A DNA stretch of 63,237 nucleotides from Bradymonadales bacterium. GTDB lineage: Bacteria; Myxococcota_A; Bradymonadia; UBA4248. The translations under genes and the position numbers were made by a program. Shown one piece after another: positions 47,208 to 56,673 of the stretch; within the stretch, counting starts at the first letter, position 1, and each line of letters begins with the position of its first letter. The DNA lies in NCBI GenBank assembly GCA_041656175.1, contig JBBAEA010000003.1, positions 1 through 63,237 on the forward strand, written 5' to 3'. The notes beneath the pieces were generated by a model. That model ran no database searches. It saw only the letters and a list, made by a program, of their open reading frames with translations, and had not been told where the DNA came from.

Positions 47208-50200
47208 TCAAATGCTCCAGCCTTGCAATTCATCAATCAAAGCCATCAAGCGGGCAGTTTCATTCAATGCTGCAATCATTTTTTGATAATGCAAAATATC
47301 ATCAAAACCCAAAATCAAGCCCTTCCTGTCTTTTAACCACTTCTGCGCTGGCTGGTAACCACCGATGTAAAATTCCCATGCAAGCCTTGTTACTCCTTCA
47401 AAATACTGCGTCTTATTCATATACACGCGCCCGCGATCTTCATCGGCATCATCGGCTACAAAACGCGGCTTATCAACAACATTATCGCCTATTTGCGGGA
47501 AGCGCGTCGAAAACTGCGACACAACGGGGCTTTCCAACAAATGTACTTGCCGCAATTGCGAACCCAAATCGACTAGGGTCCAAAAAATCTTGAGACCCTC
47601 GGGGTAGGGTACACGCGGAAAATCGATCTTTAAAAACTCTTTATACTTTTCGCGATATGATTGCGAATGCAAAACAGCGTAGATATAATCGAGAAGATCA
47701 AGGGGTGTAAAACACGAGTTTCGTCCCTCTGCACCTGCCAAAGTTTCTTCGGCAACAAAGGCTAAACCCAAGATTTCTGCGATCTTTGCAACAATCTCTG
47801 CATTTAAATTCGGTCTTCGCCGCGTGACGCCGTTGAAGCTTTGCTGCTCGCCATCCTCGGGATAAAGGTATAGCGGGAAAATAGATGTTATCTCACTTGT
47901 TTTGTTGGAAACATAGGAACTTTCCATCATCGTATTCGCGATAAAAACATGTACATAATCGCTACCGCTCTTAAATTGTTTGCAAAGTGCAAGCCCGACA
48001 TTATCGCCTTTAATAAAATGTTGCATGACTTCTATTCGGCTTCCTTCAATAAAATGTGCCTCATAATAAACAAATTTTAAATCAAAAGGCCTGTACAATA
48101 TGGGATACACAAAGCGAACATCAAATTGTTTAGCACTTTTTTGAACCTCTTCGATTTTAAAGCGTTTATTCTCTTTTAAGCCGTATTTCCGCTGCAAATC
48201 ACTTTTGGACATTGCGAAAAAATCGCTTATACGTGAAGCTAAAATATCTTTATGGCTATCAATAACAAAAGCATCTCTTGATGTTACCATGCCGCTTTTG
48301 TGGAGAGAAAACAAAGCGCTGACTGAAAAACCCTTATCGTAATCTTCCTGTGCTTTAAAATCCTTTGGAAGCATAAAATACATCGGTTCTAAACAGGGAA
48401 GTTCCTTATACGGTATACTTACTATCGAATTTTCATTTAAAAAATCATATTTAAATTCCCGTTTCCCATATAAATCATAATGAAAAACTCTCCCCAACTC
48501 CCCCTTTTTTTTCTTAGCCGTCTTTATAAAAAAATTAATCGACACCCCCTGCGTAATATCAAAGACATTTTCATCTATGCCCCCATCGGGAGCCGTTTCC
48601 TTTTTCTTGCTGTTGCCGTGCAAATCGATGGTGTATATTTTGTCGAAACATTGTAATAAATTCCAGCGCATACCTCTGAAGGTAGGATTATCCAAATAAC
48701 CATGAGGATTAATATACGCAAGTATACCGCTGCCGTTCTTTTCTATATAGTGTTGCCCGTATCGAATAAATTTTACATAATCATCATTGAGCCACTTGGG
48801 ATTTCTCTCTTGTAATTTTTGCACTCCCCCTGGCTCTTTTTTATAATCTTGCATCAAATCCATGATCCAAGCCCCCTTATTGGCGCTCTCGCCGCTATAC
48901 GGTGGATTGCCCAAAACCACCATAACGGGACAGTCTCGTTTGAGGCGGTTTGCCTCGTTGGCTTCATTGCTAAGCCAGGAGGCAAACAAGGTTCCCGTGT
49001 CGGGGTGCTGCTGCTCTTCTAGGCTATTGGTCAAAAACACGCGCAGACGCTGTGCATTCGTGGCCTTAAAACCCGTCTCCCTCAACAAGAGATCCAGCTT
49101 TAAATGCGCCATGGCGTAACTCGCCATGAGGATCTCAAAACCATGGAGCCTCGGCAATAGATGATCTTGCACATACTGCGACCAGATACCTTCCTGGCCT
49201 TCAAAGTTTTTGTAAATGGCCTTGATGACTTCGGCTAAAAACGTGCCCGTACCCGTGGCGGGATCTAAAATTTGGACGCGGTGCAGCTCGTGCTCGACTT
49301 TTTTACCCTGCACATCGGCTTCGATCTTTGTTTTTGTGGTATCGGCCAAGCCCATGGGCAAGCCGAAATCGTTTTTTAAAATTTGATCCACAGCCCTAAC
49401 CATAAACTGCACGACGGGCGTCGGTGTATACCAAACACCGCGTGTCTTGCGCAGAGTGGGGTCATAAAGACTTAGGAAATCTTCGTAAAAATGAATAATA
49501 GGATCTTCACTTTCGGTGGACTTTCCATAATCCTGCAAGATTTGCGCCACATCACAGGCTAAGAAAATGCGAATTAAATCGTCCACAACCCATTTTATGC
49601 GGTCATCTAGCTCAATTCCCGCAATATATCCAAATAATTGTTTTAAAAAAGGATTAGATTTGGGGATGAGTTCATAGGCTTCTTGTCGGCTAAAAGTTTG
49701 CAGTGTCGGATCGTGTAAACGCGCAGCAAACATACCGTAGCAAAGCGTTTGCGCGTACACATCGGCGAAGGATTTAATGCTGATGTCATGGATCGTATAG
49801 CGCCTGAAAGACTCCATTTGAGCAAGTAAGCTGCTGTTTTCCTCTGCGTTTTCATCAAAGCTAAGCGCATTTTCGATAATATTGGCCAGTAGTCTAGCCT
49901 TTGCCGCCATGAGTTCGGCCAAGCGTTGAGGGGACTGAATACTTTGCCCGCTATACGAAGCGAAATCTTTTATTTTCGCCCTGAAGGCTTCAAAGTTTTC
50001 TTTTAGGGGGCGAATACCTTTATGCGTAATTTCAGCAATGCTAATTTTGGCAGTACATTCTTCGTTTTTGTAAAAATAAAAACGAAGATAATCCGTGAAA
50101 ACGATGTTATCCAAGGATTTTTTATAACGGTCAAACTGCTCTTTGTTCCTCTTTGGTTTTAGACCCTCAAGGTCGGCATCGCCCAGATCTTTAGCCTCTA

Positions 50201-50399
50201 TAAAGCCAACGGGAACATCGCCCTTGGTCAAAATATAATCTGGAGCCCCGCAATCGCGGCGTTTGGCTTCGTTGATTACCAGTAAATCGGGCAAAAGCGC
50301 GTTTAATAAATTCTGCAAATTCCCGCGAAAACTGTGTTCGCTGCTGTGCCCGCCCTTGTAGAGTTTTTGAACATTAGCAATGTATTTGGCAATCGGCAT
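47208..50399 (-). CDS. Type IIG restriction-modification enzyme (N-terminal PD-ExK nuclease, gamma-class N6-adenine methyltransferase, Type ISP-like C-terminal specificity domain)
   Basis: GAGGAG SD before the ATG at 50399. Nuclease motif GAPDYIL...GFIEAKD. Methyltransferase motif I ILDPATGTGTF and motif IV VLGNPPYSG. C-terminal IGGYQPAQKWLKDRKG. Confidence 0.8.
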   Translation of the reverse strand: MPIAKYIANVQKLYKGGHSSEHSFRGNLQNLLNALLPDLLVINEAKRRDCGAPDYILTKGDVPVGFIEAKDLGDADLEGLKPKRNKEQFDRYKKSLDNIVFTDYLRFYFYKNEECTAKISIAEITHKGIRPLKENFEAFRAKIKDFASYSGQSIQSPQRLAELMAAKARLLANIIENALSFDENAEENSSLLAQMESFRRYTIHDISIKSFADVYAQTLCYGMFAARLHDPTLQTFSRQEAYELIPKSNPFLKQLFGYIAGIELDDRIKWVVDDLIRIFLACDVAQILQDYGKSTESEDPIIHFYEDFLSLYDPTLRKTRGVWYTPTPVVQFMVRAVDQILKNDFGLPMGLADTTKTKIEADVQGKKVEHELHRVQILDPATGTGTFLAEVIKAIYKNFEGQEGIWSQYVQDHLLPRLHGFEILMASYAMAHLKLDLLLRETGFKATNAQRLRVFLTNSLEEQQHPDTGTLFASWLSNEANEANRLKRDCPVMVVLGNPPYSGESANKGAWIMDLMQDYKKEPGGVQKLQERNPKWLNDDYVKFIRYGQHYIEKNGSGILAYINPHGYLDNPTFRGMRWNLLQCFDKIYTIDLHGNSKKKETAPDGGIDENVFDITQGVSINFFIKTAKKKKGELGRVFHYDLYGKREFKYDFLNENSIVSIPYKELPCLEPMYFMLPKDFKAQEDYDKGFSVSALFSLHKSGMVTSRDAFVIDSHKDILASRISDFFAMSKSDLQRKYGLKENKRFKIEEVQKSAKQFDVRFVYPILYRPFDLKFVYYEAHFIEGSRIEVMQHFIKGDNVGLALCKQFKSGSDYVHVFIANTMMESSYVSNKTSEITSIFPLYLYPEDGEQQSFNGVTRRRPNLNAEIVAKIAEILGLAFVAEETLAGAEGRNSCFTPLDLLDYIYAVLHSQSYREKYKEFLKIDFPRVPYPEGLKIFWTLVDLGSQLRQVHLLESPVVSQFSTRFPQIGDNVVDKPRFVADDADEDRGRVYMNKTQYFEGVTRLAWEFYIGGYQPAQKWLKDRKGLILGFDDILHYQKMIAALNETARLMALIDELQGWSI

Positions 50400-50530
50400 C
50401 TTTGTCTCCTCTTTTTTCTGTGCAAAGCGCGTGCCTTTTAGCTGAATTATTATTTTATTCGAGGATGCCGATGAGCATTCTTGCTCGTTTACAAAAATAG
50501 TGATTTTTTGCTTCAGAGCAAAGGTATCAA

Positions 50531-50592
50531 AAAGGAAACTCTGATTTATTTTGGGGCTCCGCCCCAAACCCCATCTAAGGGCTATAGCCCTT
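50531..50592 (-). repeat. Family-C repeat module (reverse orientation)
   Basis: The reverse complement reads aagggctatagcccttagatggggtttggggcggagccccaaaataaatcagagtttcct. Confidence 0.65.
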
Positions 50593-51206
50593 GAAGTGAA
50601 TCCAAAAAGTTGTAAAAATTTTTAAAGGGGGATAGTTAGTTGTTGATTGGGGTGAGCTTAATGATTCAAGCCTGTAGATGATTGGAGTTTTCCAACCAAG
50701 TTGTTTTTTTATTCTAGAATGGTTGTAGTAATCAAGATAATCAGCAAGTTTGTTTTCGAATTCCTCAACAGTCTTAAACCTTTTGTTTATGAAAGACTCT
50801 GTTTTTACAACTGCAAAAAAGCTCTCCATCACAGCATTATCATAACAATTACCTCTACGACTCATACTTTGAATGATTCCTTGCTCACTTAGCCTTTCTC
50901 GAAACTGAGTGTGGCGGTAAAGAGAACCTTAGTCTTCAAGCCTAACTCTCGCATTAATTTCAGGACAGTTTTGTGGTTTAACAAAAAGCCAGCCATTCTA
51001 AGATACGCCTGCATACGCCTGTACCCGAGCAATTCCCCATGCTCTTTAAATAACCTAACCATACACGTTTTTGAGTCTTCGTATTTATCCGCCAACTTTG
51101 ACCTCTTTAAATGGTAGTAAAACGTTGACTGTGGTATTCCCGCTGCTGTTAAGAGTCTTTGTAGTTTGTGAGTATGCCTTAATTCATCAATAGCGATTAC
51201 TATCAA
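50575..51206 (-). pseudogene. IS3-family transposase orfB, internally deleted
   Basis: Two ORF pieces (50889-51206 and 50575-865) cover only the N-terminal HTH and the last ~70 aa of an rve integrase domain. Confidence 0.75.
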
Positions 51207-51559
51207 CCGCTTGTTTGTTGAATTAAGACTGCTAACTTTTTTAAGAGCGCAACCTCTGCCTCTAACTGTAAGATTCGCTCTTCTTGACTAGGTGGCTCTG
51301 TCTCTAATTTCTTCGCGTTCTGGTTATTCTTCCTCGACTTGGGAAGTTTTGTAGCCTTGCCTTTTAATTTACTTTTCTTGCCATTCTTTACTGCCTCTAA
51401 AAAACCAGCATGTCCTCTATCATTATATATTTTATGCCAGTCTGAAACGGTATGCTTGCCAGTAATCCCGTACTGACGCGAAACCTCCAAATATGATAGA
51501 TCGTTCTCTAGCATAGTTGAGAGCACTTTGAGTTTAAATTCAGCTGAGTACTTTGCCAT
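51203..51559 (-). CDS. IS3-family transposase orfA (HTH)
   Basis: MAKYSAEFKLKVLSTMLENDLSYLEVSRQYGI... and a C-terminal leucine-zipper-like LQLEAEVALLKKL. GGAG SD before the ATG at 51559. Confidence 0.75.
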   Translation of the reverse strand: MAKYSAEFKLKVLSTMLENDLSYLEVSRQYGITGKHTVSDWHKIYNDRGHAGFLEAVKNGKKSKLKGKATKLPKSRKNNQNAKKLETEPPSQEERILQLEAEVALLKKLAVLIQQTSG

Positions 51560-51702
51560 AATGTGGATCTCCGTATTTATTAAGCCCAGTTTTTTCATCA
51601 AAGTGCGAAGCACTTTGTTGGAAAAACTGGGAGCAAGTGCGTAGCCCTTGTTAAGGGCGCTCCCCCTTCGCAAAAAGTATTCCAATTTTTCGGGGTGAGA
51701 TC

Positions 51703-51850
51703 AAAAACGCTGCGGGGGCGTTGCGGGGGGCTTTGCCCCCCGCTGAGGGGGTAGACGCAAACCCGCGCACAGCGCGGGGTTGCGGCGTAGGGGGAGACTT
51801 CCCCCCACAAAAGAAAAAGCTTAATTTTCGGATGAATCAGAGTTTCCCTA
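51703..51850 (+). repeat. Family-B tri-hairpin repeat (51703-51823) plus a family-C tail (GATGAATCAGAGTTTCCCTAGG)
   Basis: About 92% identical, in direct orientation, to 60760-60881. Confidence 0.85.
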
Positions 51851-51952
51851 GGGACGGCGCGAGCTGCAAACGTGCCATGCTCCATAGCAGCAAGTTCAGG
51901 GCTTTTTGCCGATTTGCGGTAGCCGGAGCGGGCGAGGCCTCGATGAGGGTGT

Positions 51953-52534
51953 TTAGTATTGCCTGGGAAAGTAGTCTTTGCCCGCCTGCCAGAGGTACTT
52001 ATCGAGCTGTTTGAGTGTGAATTCATCTAGCCCATAGAAGCTGCGGAACTCCATTAAAATGGCGTGGTAGCTTGGATAATGCTTCAGATCGTCTTTTTTG
52101 AATTTGTAGAATTTATCCACCCGCTTGAAGTGCATGAGCATCTTCTCCACAAAGCTGTCATAGATCGGATAGTCTTCCGGAAAATGGTGGCTGCAATATT
52201 TGGTGGCAAAGGAATAAAAATGGATGCTTTTCTGGTCATTAACCTTAACTACGGCAAGGTCGTTGACCAGAGTCAGATCCCGATTGGCGAGTCGTTGATC
52301 GATATCCAGTTTGACGATGTGCTTGGCAACGGTGAATGGTGAAAAGATGTTCGTGCTGTAAAAGTCGTTCAGTGAGCAGACCTTGATAAGGACATCATCC
52401 ATATCGTCATTTCGGGGATACGTCACAGCGAATAATTTTCTGAGGCTACTCTCCTGCAGTACATAATTTTCCAGTGAATTCCATCGCTGTAGATACATGG
52501 CTAGCTGTTCGGCCGACGGTCTGACTTTATTCAT
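51953..52534 (-). CDS. Hypothetical protein (193 aa), AT-rich orphan
   Basis: Clean ORF with no motif I can name. It is wedged between the repeat and the truncated helicase. Confidence 0.55.
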   Translation of the reverse strand: MNKVRPSAEQLAMYLQRWNSLENYVLQESSLRKLFAVTYPRNDDMDDVLIKVCSLNDFYSTNIFSPFTVAKHIVKLDIDQRLANRDLTLVNDLAVVKVNDQKSIHFYSFATKYCSHHFPEDYPIYDSFVEKMLMHFKRVDKFYKFKKDDLKHYPSYHAILMEFRSFYGLDEFTLKQLDKYLWQAGKDYFPRQY

Positions 52535-52588
52535 AGAGAAAGCTGCTTACAAGTTATCGCCATTGGAAGCCTTCTTGGGTGTAAGGTC

Positions 52589-54682
52589 TTGTTTTTATGG
52601 GCTTTATTTCGAAAGTTCAACAAACTCCAGGGGAAGACCGATGCATTCCATCGTCTGATGACCCTGTTAGATGACAATGCCTTTCCAGATATGGCTAGCG
52701 TTTCACGCGAGCGTGTAGCTCCGTATGTCATCCGTACTGAAAAACGCAAGGCCATCGATACCGACGGCAAAGCACTCTTTAAGCCTCGGCGTACGCAGAT
52801 GGCTCCAGTGGCTTGGGAGAGTCGTCATTACTTGCAGCAGCTTCTCTACGAGGCGGTGACCGACTATGTGCGCGAGGGCTACAATCAGGCTATGCGCGAG
52901 AAGAAGCACCACATCGGCTTCCTGATGATCCTGATGCAGCGCCTAGTGGTTTCCAGCACCCGGGCGATTTGCAGCACGCTGGAACGACGGCTCGCGGCGC
53001 TCAAGGAAGGCGAACAGAAGGCCAGCCTGCGCCTAACAGAACTGGAAAACGGCGTGCAGGGAGTGGAAAGCCCAGACGATGAAATGCTTGAGCTCTACGA
53101 CATGGATGGCCAAGAGCTGCTCGATGAGCTGCTCAAATCTCATGTCTCGGCTCTGCAGAGCGAAGGCAGTCATGTGGAGACCCTGCTCAAAGCGGCGGTT
53201 CGCTGCGAACAAGTAGGTTCTGACGCCAAGGCCGAGGCGTTGATCGAGTGGATCTACGAACTGCAGGCCGAGGAAAACGAACCGGATCTGAAGGTGTTGA
53301 TCTTCACCGAGTTCGTGCCCACCCAGCAGATGCTGAAGGAGTTTCTGGAAGCCCGTGGCATATCGGTCGTCACCTTGAACGGCTCCATGGATATGAAGGG
53401 ACGTAAGCAGGCTCAGGACGCCTTCCGCAAATCGCACCGTGTGCTGGTTTCCACTGACGCGGGCGGTGAGGGTCTAAACCTGCAGTTCGCTCATGTCATC
53501 ATCAACTACGATATCCCTTGGAACCCGATGCGGCTGGAACAGCGAATCGGTCGCGTGGATCGTATTGGGCAGCCCAAGACGGTGCGTGCGATCAACTTCG
53601 TGTTTGAGGATTCGGTCGAGTTCCGGGTCCGCGAAGTGCTGGAGCAGAAGCTCTCGGTGATCTTCGATGAGTTTGGTATCGACAAGACTGGGGACGTGCT
53701 CGACTCCGCCCAAGCTGGTGAATTGTTTGAGGATGTGTTCGCCTCGGCTATCCTTAATCCAGATGGTATCGAAACCTCAGTCGATCACACGGTGGCTCAG
53801 CTTCGCGATGAGATTCAGAAGCTGCGCGAGCTTTCCGCCGTCTATGGCATTTCAGAAGAACCAGATGTGCAGGTGGCTGAGCGTCTGCGTACCCATCCTC
53901 TATCCCATTGGGTGGAACGGATGACGGTGAACTATCTTAATTCTCACGGTGGCGTAGCCAGCCGCAAACGTTCCTGCTGGGATCTGAATTGGCCGGACGG
54001 TCAAAAGCACCGCAAAGTTGTGTTCAACGCCCGAGAAGCGGATCGTCTGGACGACGCAACCCTGCTCAATCTTGAAAACAGTTGTGTCCGTGGACTAGCC
54101 TTGAACCTGCCGCAGATCGCGGCTGGCCAGCCTTTGCCTTGCGTAAGCGTGAGCGGATTGCCAAGCAGCATCTCCGGGCTCTGGGGGCTCTTTGAGATAC
54201 GTCTTCGAGCCGGGATGCACCAGAAGACACAACTGTTGCGTATTCCCTTGCTGCGGCGGGGATATCTCAGTGTGTTCCTGAATGAGGAAGGTAAACTGTT
54301 TCTGCCCACGGCTCGGCATATCTGGGATGTGCTGCAGACAGCGGAAGCCCAGGTGCAGGCCACCCTCGGCCAGAACGAATCCATTATCGCCCATGAACGG
54401 TTGCAGGAAGCGGCCGAGAAAGCCGGACATGAGCTGTTTGACGCATTACAGCAGGCGCATCTCGCCTCTGTGGCTCGCGAGGAGGAACGTGGCAACGTCT
54501 CTTTTGCCTCGCGTCGCAAGGCCATCGAGAGGGTTGGATTGCCAGAGGTACGGCAATTCAGGTTGTCACGTTGCGATGCGGACGAATCCGAGTGGCGGCA
54601 TGAACTGCAATCAGCAAGGCAGATCGTGCCGGAAATCCGACCGCTGCTGATGTTGCGGATCATCAAAGGAGGCGCTCAATGA
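52589..54682 (+). pseudogene. 5'-truncated SNF2-family helicase (BrxHII-like); only the end of lobe 1, the helicase-C lobe and a C-terminal extension remain
   Basis: Homology begins at (P)(H)QGKTDAFHRLMTLLD, the motif III region. Motifs IV-VI are present (VLIFTEF, VLVSTDAGGEGLNLQ, YDIPWNPMRLEQRIGRVDRIGQ). Walker A and DExH are absent. The ORF opens with TTG and no SD, and the first ATG is codon 24. Confidence 0.65.
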
Positions 54683-56673
54683 GTAGCTGGAGAGACGTTA
54701 TTCTAAAAGAATTTGTTCCCGATGTTAGTAAACTGACCTTAGTCGCGGATCCGGACTACCTGTTGACGGAGGAGAAACTAGTGCTTGATTTACGCGGGCG
54801 CGGCTTCGATCTGATCGAGTTCAGTGATCCCTTTAAATTCAGATATGCCTACGAGTCTAAGTACCGTTCGATCTGGGATCGGGGGGAGCGCACAGATCTA
54901 GTTGTGGTACTCCGCTTGCAGAATGCTGAGCTGGGAACGTTGCCGTACGACCTGCTCCAAGTGGGTCGGAAGCTGTCGTTCAACTTAGGGGAGCTCTTTC
55001 CCAATCTTAGCTACCCGGTCATTGAGAAGCTCGACCAGAGCCTGCTGGACAAGCTATTCGAAGCCCAGCGCAAATCGCAGCTGGATCGCATGGGCGACAA
55101 CGCCACCAAGGATTTCGTTCTCCGTCATGTGTTCAACATTGCGGCGGAACAAATAAGGGGCGATGTGGCGCTGCTCCGGGTATTGCTGAGCATGCACTAT
55201 AAAAAGCTACAGATCCCGCAGATGCTGGCTGAGCGGCTTATCCAAGTTCTGAAGGACAAGAATAGCTTTAAAGGCTGGCCGCTTCCCGAGATCGTTCCGG
55301 ACGATGAGGCCTTCTTCGCCTTTTTGCAGGAACGCTGGCCGCTCTTTCTTTCCCGGCTTGGTAGCGTCAATCAGACGATGGAAGATTCTCTGGATTACGG
55401 CTTCAAGGTTCCCAGCCCTGACCACCTGCCGTTTGACCATCAGGACATCAAGGTTTACATCGACAACCTGTTCCTAGAGGGGAAACTCACCCCCGTCGAG
55501 GTCACAGATATTGAAGTGGATGCTGGATCTTGGGTTTGCTGCGGCATTGCCACCTCCAGCAAGGACAATGACGCGCTTCGGATTTCGCGCCTGTTCGACC
55601 TTGTCGAAAAGGAACTTCCCAATACGGAAGCGCGCTACTCAGACTGGATCGCTTTTGCATTGAAATGGGCCGAACTCTCTTCGCTGGTTCACTGCGGCAA
55701 CAGTACCGAGTATCAGACTAGGCTCAGAGAAATAGGTGATGCAATGAACTCGACCTTCGCCAGTTGGTTGACGGGTCGCTACATTAGTTTGTTCAACTTG
55801 CCACCGACCAATCTGGCCATGCTGCACCATGTACCGCGCTACATGGCTCGAGATATCGAGGACTCTCAAGGCAGCAGTGCCGCGCTGATCGTAGTCGATG
55901 GCTTGGCCTTGGATCAATGGGTGACCATTCGGCAGCTTCTGCAAAAGCAAGATGCCAATCTGTACATGCGCGAATCCGCGACCTTCGCATGGATTCCGAC
56001 GCTGACTTCGGTATCGCGGCAGTCGATCTTTTCGGGCAAGGAGCCGTGCTATTTCCCGTCATCTATCAACTCGACCAACAGCGAAGAGAAACTCTGGGAG
56101 CAGTTCTGGGAAGACCAGGGTCTGCCTAGGTTAGAGGTTGCTTACCAGCGTGGACTCGGTGATGGCGATGCTGCGGGCGTCCTTGAATACGCAATCCCCA
56201 CCAGGAAGACCAAGGTGTTGGGACTGGTTGTGGATAAAGTGGACAAGATCATGCATGGCATGCAACTCGGCTCGGCCGGAATGCACAACCAGATCAAGCA
56301 GTGGTGCCAAGGTGGTTTTCTGGCTGCATTGATCGGCCAACTGTTGGAATACGGCTATGATGTCTGGTTGACGGCCGATCACGGCAACATCCAATGCGAA
56401 GGCAAAGGCCGCCCCTCGGAAGGTGCGATAGCCGATACTCGGGGCGAGCGAGCTCGTGTCTATAAAACGCCGGAGTCCCGCGCTCAGGTAGCTGGGGGCT
56501 TCCCGTTTGCTTACGAATGGGAGCTGGTCGGTTTGCCAGAAGAATATTTCCCTCTGGTGGCCAGTGGCCGCGACGCATTCGTGAACCCAAGAGAATCTAT
56601 CGTAGGTCACGGCGGCATAGCCATCGAAGAAGTCATCGTACCCCTTGTAAAGTTTGAGAGGAAAACACGGTGA
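54679..56673 (+). CDS. pglZ: PglZ-domain alkaline-phosphatase-superfamily protein (BREX-type)
   Basis: AAGGAGG SD. ATGA overlap with the helicase ORF. PglZ core segments LIVVDGLALDQW, IPTLTSVSRQSIFSG, VVDKVDKIMHG, LTADHGN. Confidence 0.8.
   Translation: MSSWRDVILKEFVPDVSKLTLVADPDYLLTEEKLVLDLRGRGFDLIEFSDPFKFRYAYESKYRSIWDRGERTDLVVVLRLQNAELGTLPYDLLQVGRKLSFNLGELFPNLSYPVIEKLDQSLLDKLFEAQRKSQLDRMGDNATKDFVLRHVFNIAAEQIRGDVALLRVLLSMHYKKLQIPQMLAERLIQVLKDKNSFKGWPLPEIVPDDEAFFAFLQERWPLFLSRLGSVNQTMEDSLDYGFKVPSPDHLPFDHQDIKVYIDNLFLEGKLTPVEVTDIEVDAGSWVCCGIATSSKDNDALRISRLFDLVEKELPNTEARYSDWIAFALKWAELSSLVHCGNSTEYQTRLREIGDAMNSTFASWLTGRYISLFNLPPTNLAMLHHVPRYMARDIEDSQGSSAALIVVDGLALDQWVTIRQLLQKQDANLYMRESATFAWIPTLTSVSRQSIFSGKEPCYFPSSINSTNSEEKLWEQFWEDQGLPRLEVAYQRGLGDGDAAGVLEYAIPTRKTKVLGLVVDKVDKIMHGMQLGSAGMHNQIKQWCQGGFLAALIGQLLEYGYDVWLTADHGNIQCEGKGRPSEGAIADTRGERARVYKTPESRAQVAGGFPFAYEWELVGLPEEYFPLVASGRDAFVNPRESIVGHGGIAIEEVIVPLVKFERKTR

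Larger units (their letters stand above)
50575..51600 (-). mobile_element. IS3-family insertion sequence remnant (intact orfA, orfB with the DDE core deleted); ends not defined
   Basis: orfA HTH protein, plus the orfB N-terminus (HTH_21-like LRMAGFLLNHKTVLKLMRELGLK) and the orfB C-terminal tail (RRGNCYDNAVMESFF...YYNHSRIKKQLGWKTP). The rve catalytic core between them is missing. Confidence 0.75.

Noticed and set aside
53033-54666. Minus-strand ORFs 53033-53437, 54001-54666 and 54095-54430 inside the helicase gene.
   Set aside because: They are antisense shadows of a plus-strand frame carrying canonical SNF2 motifs IV-VI. Their R/S/C-rich composition is typical of the antisense strand of GC-rich coding DNA.
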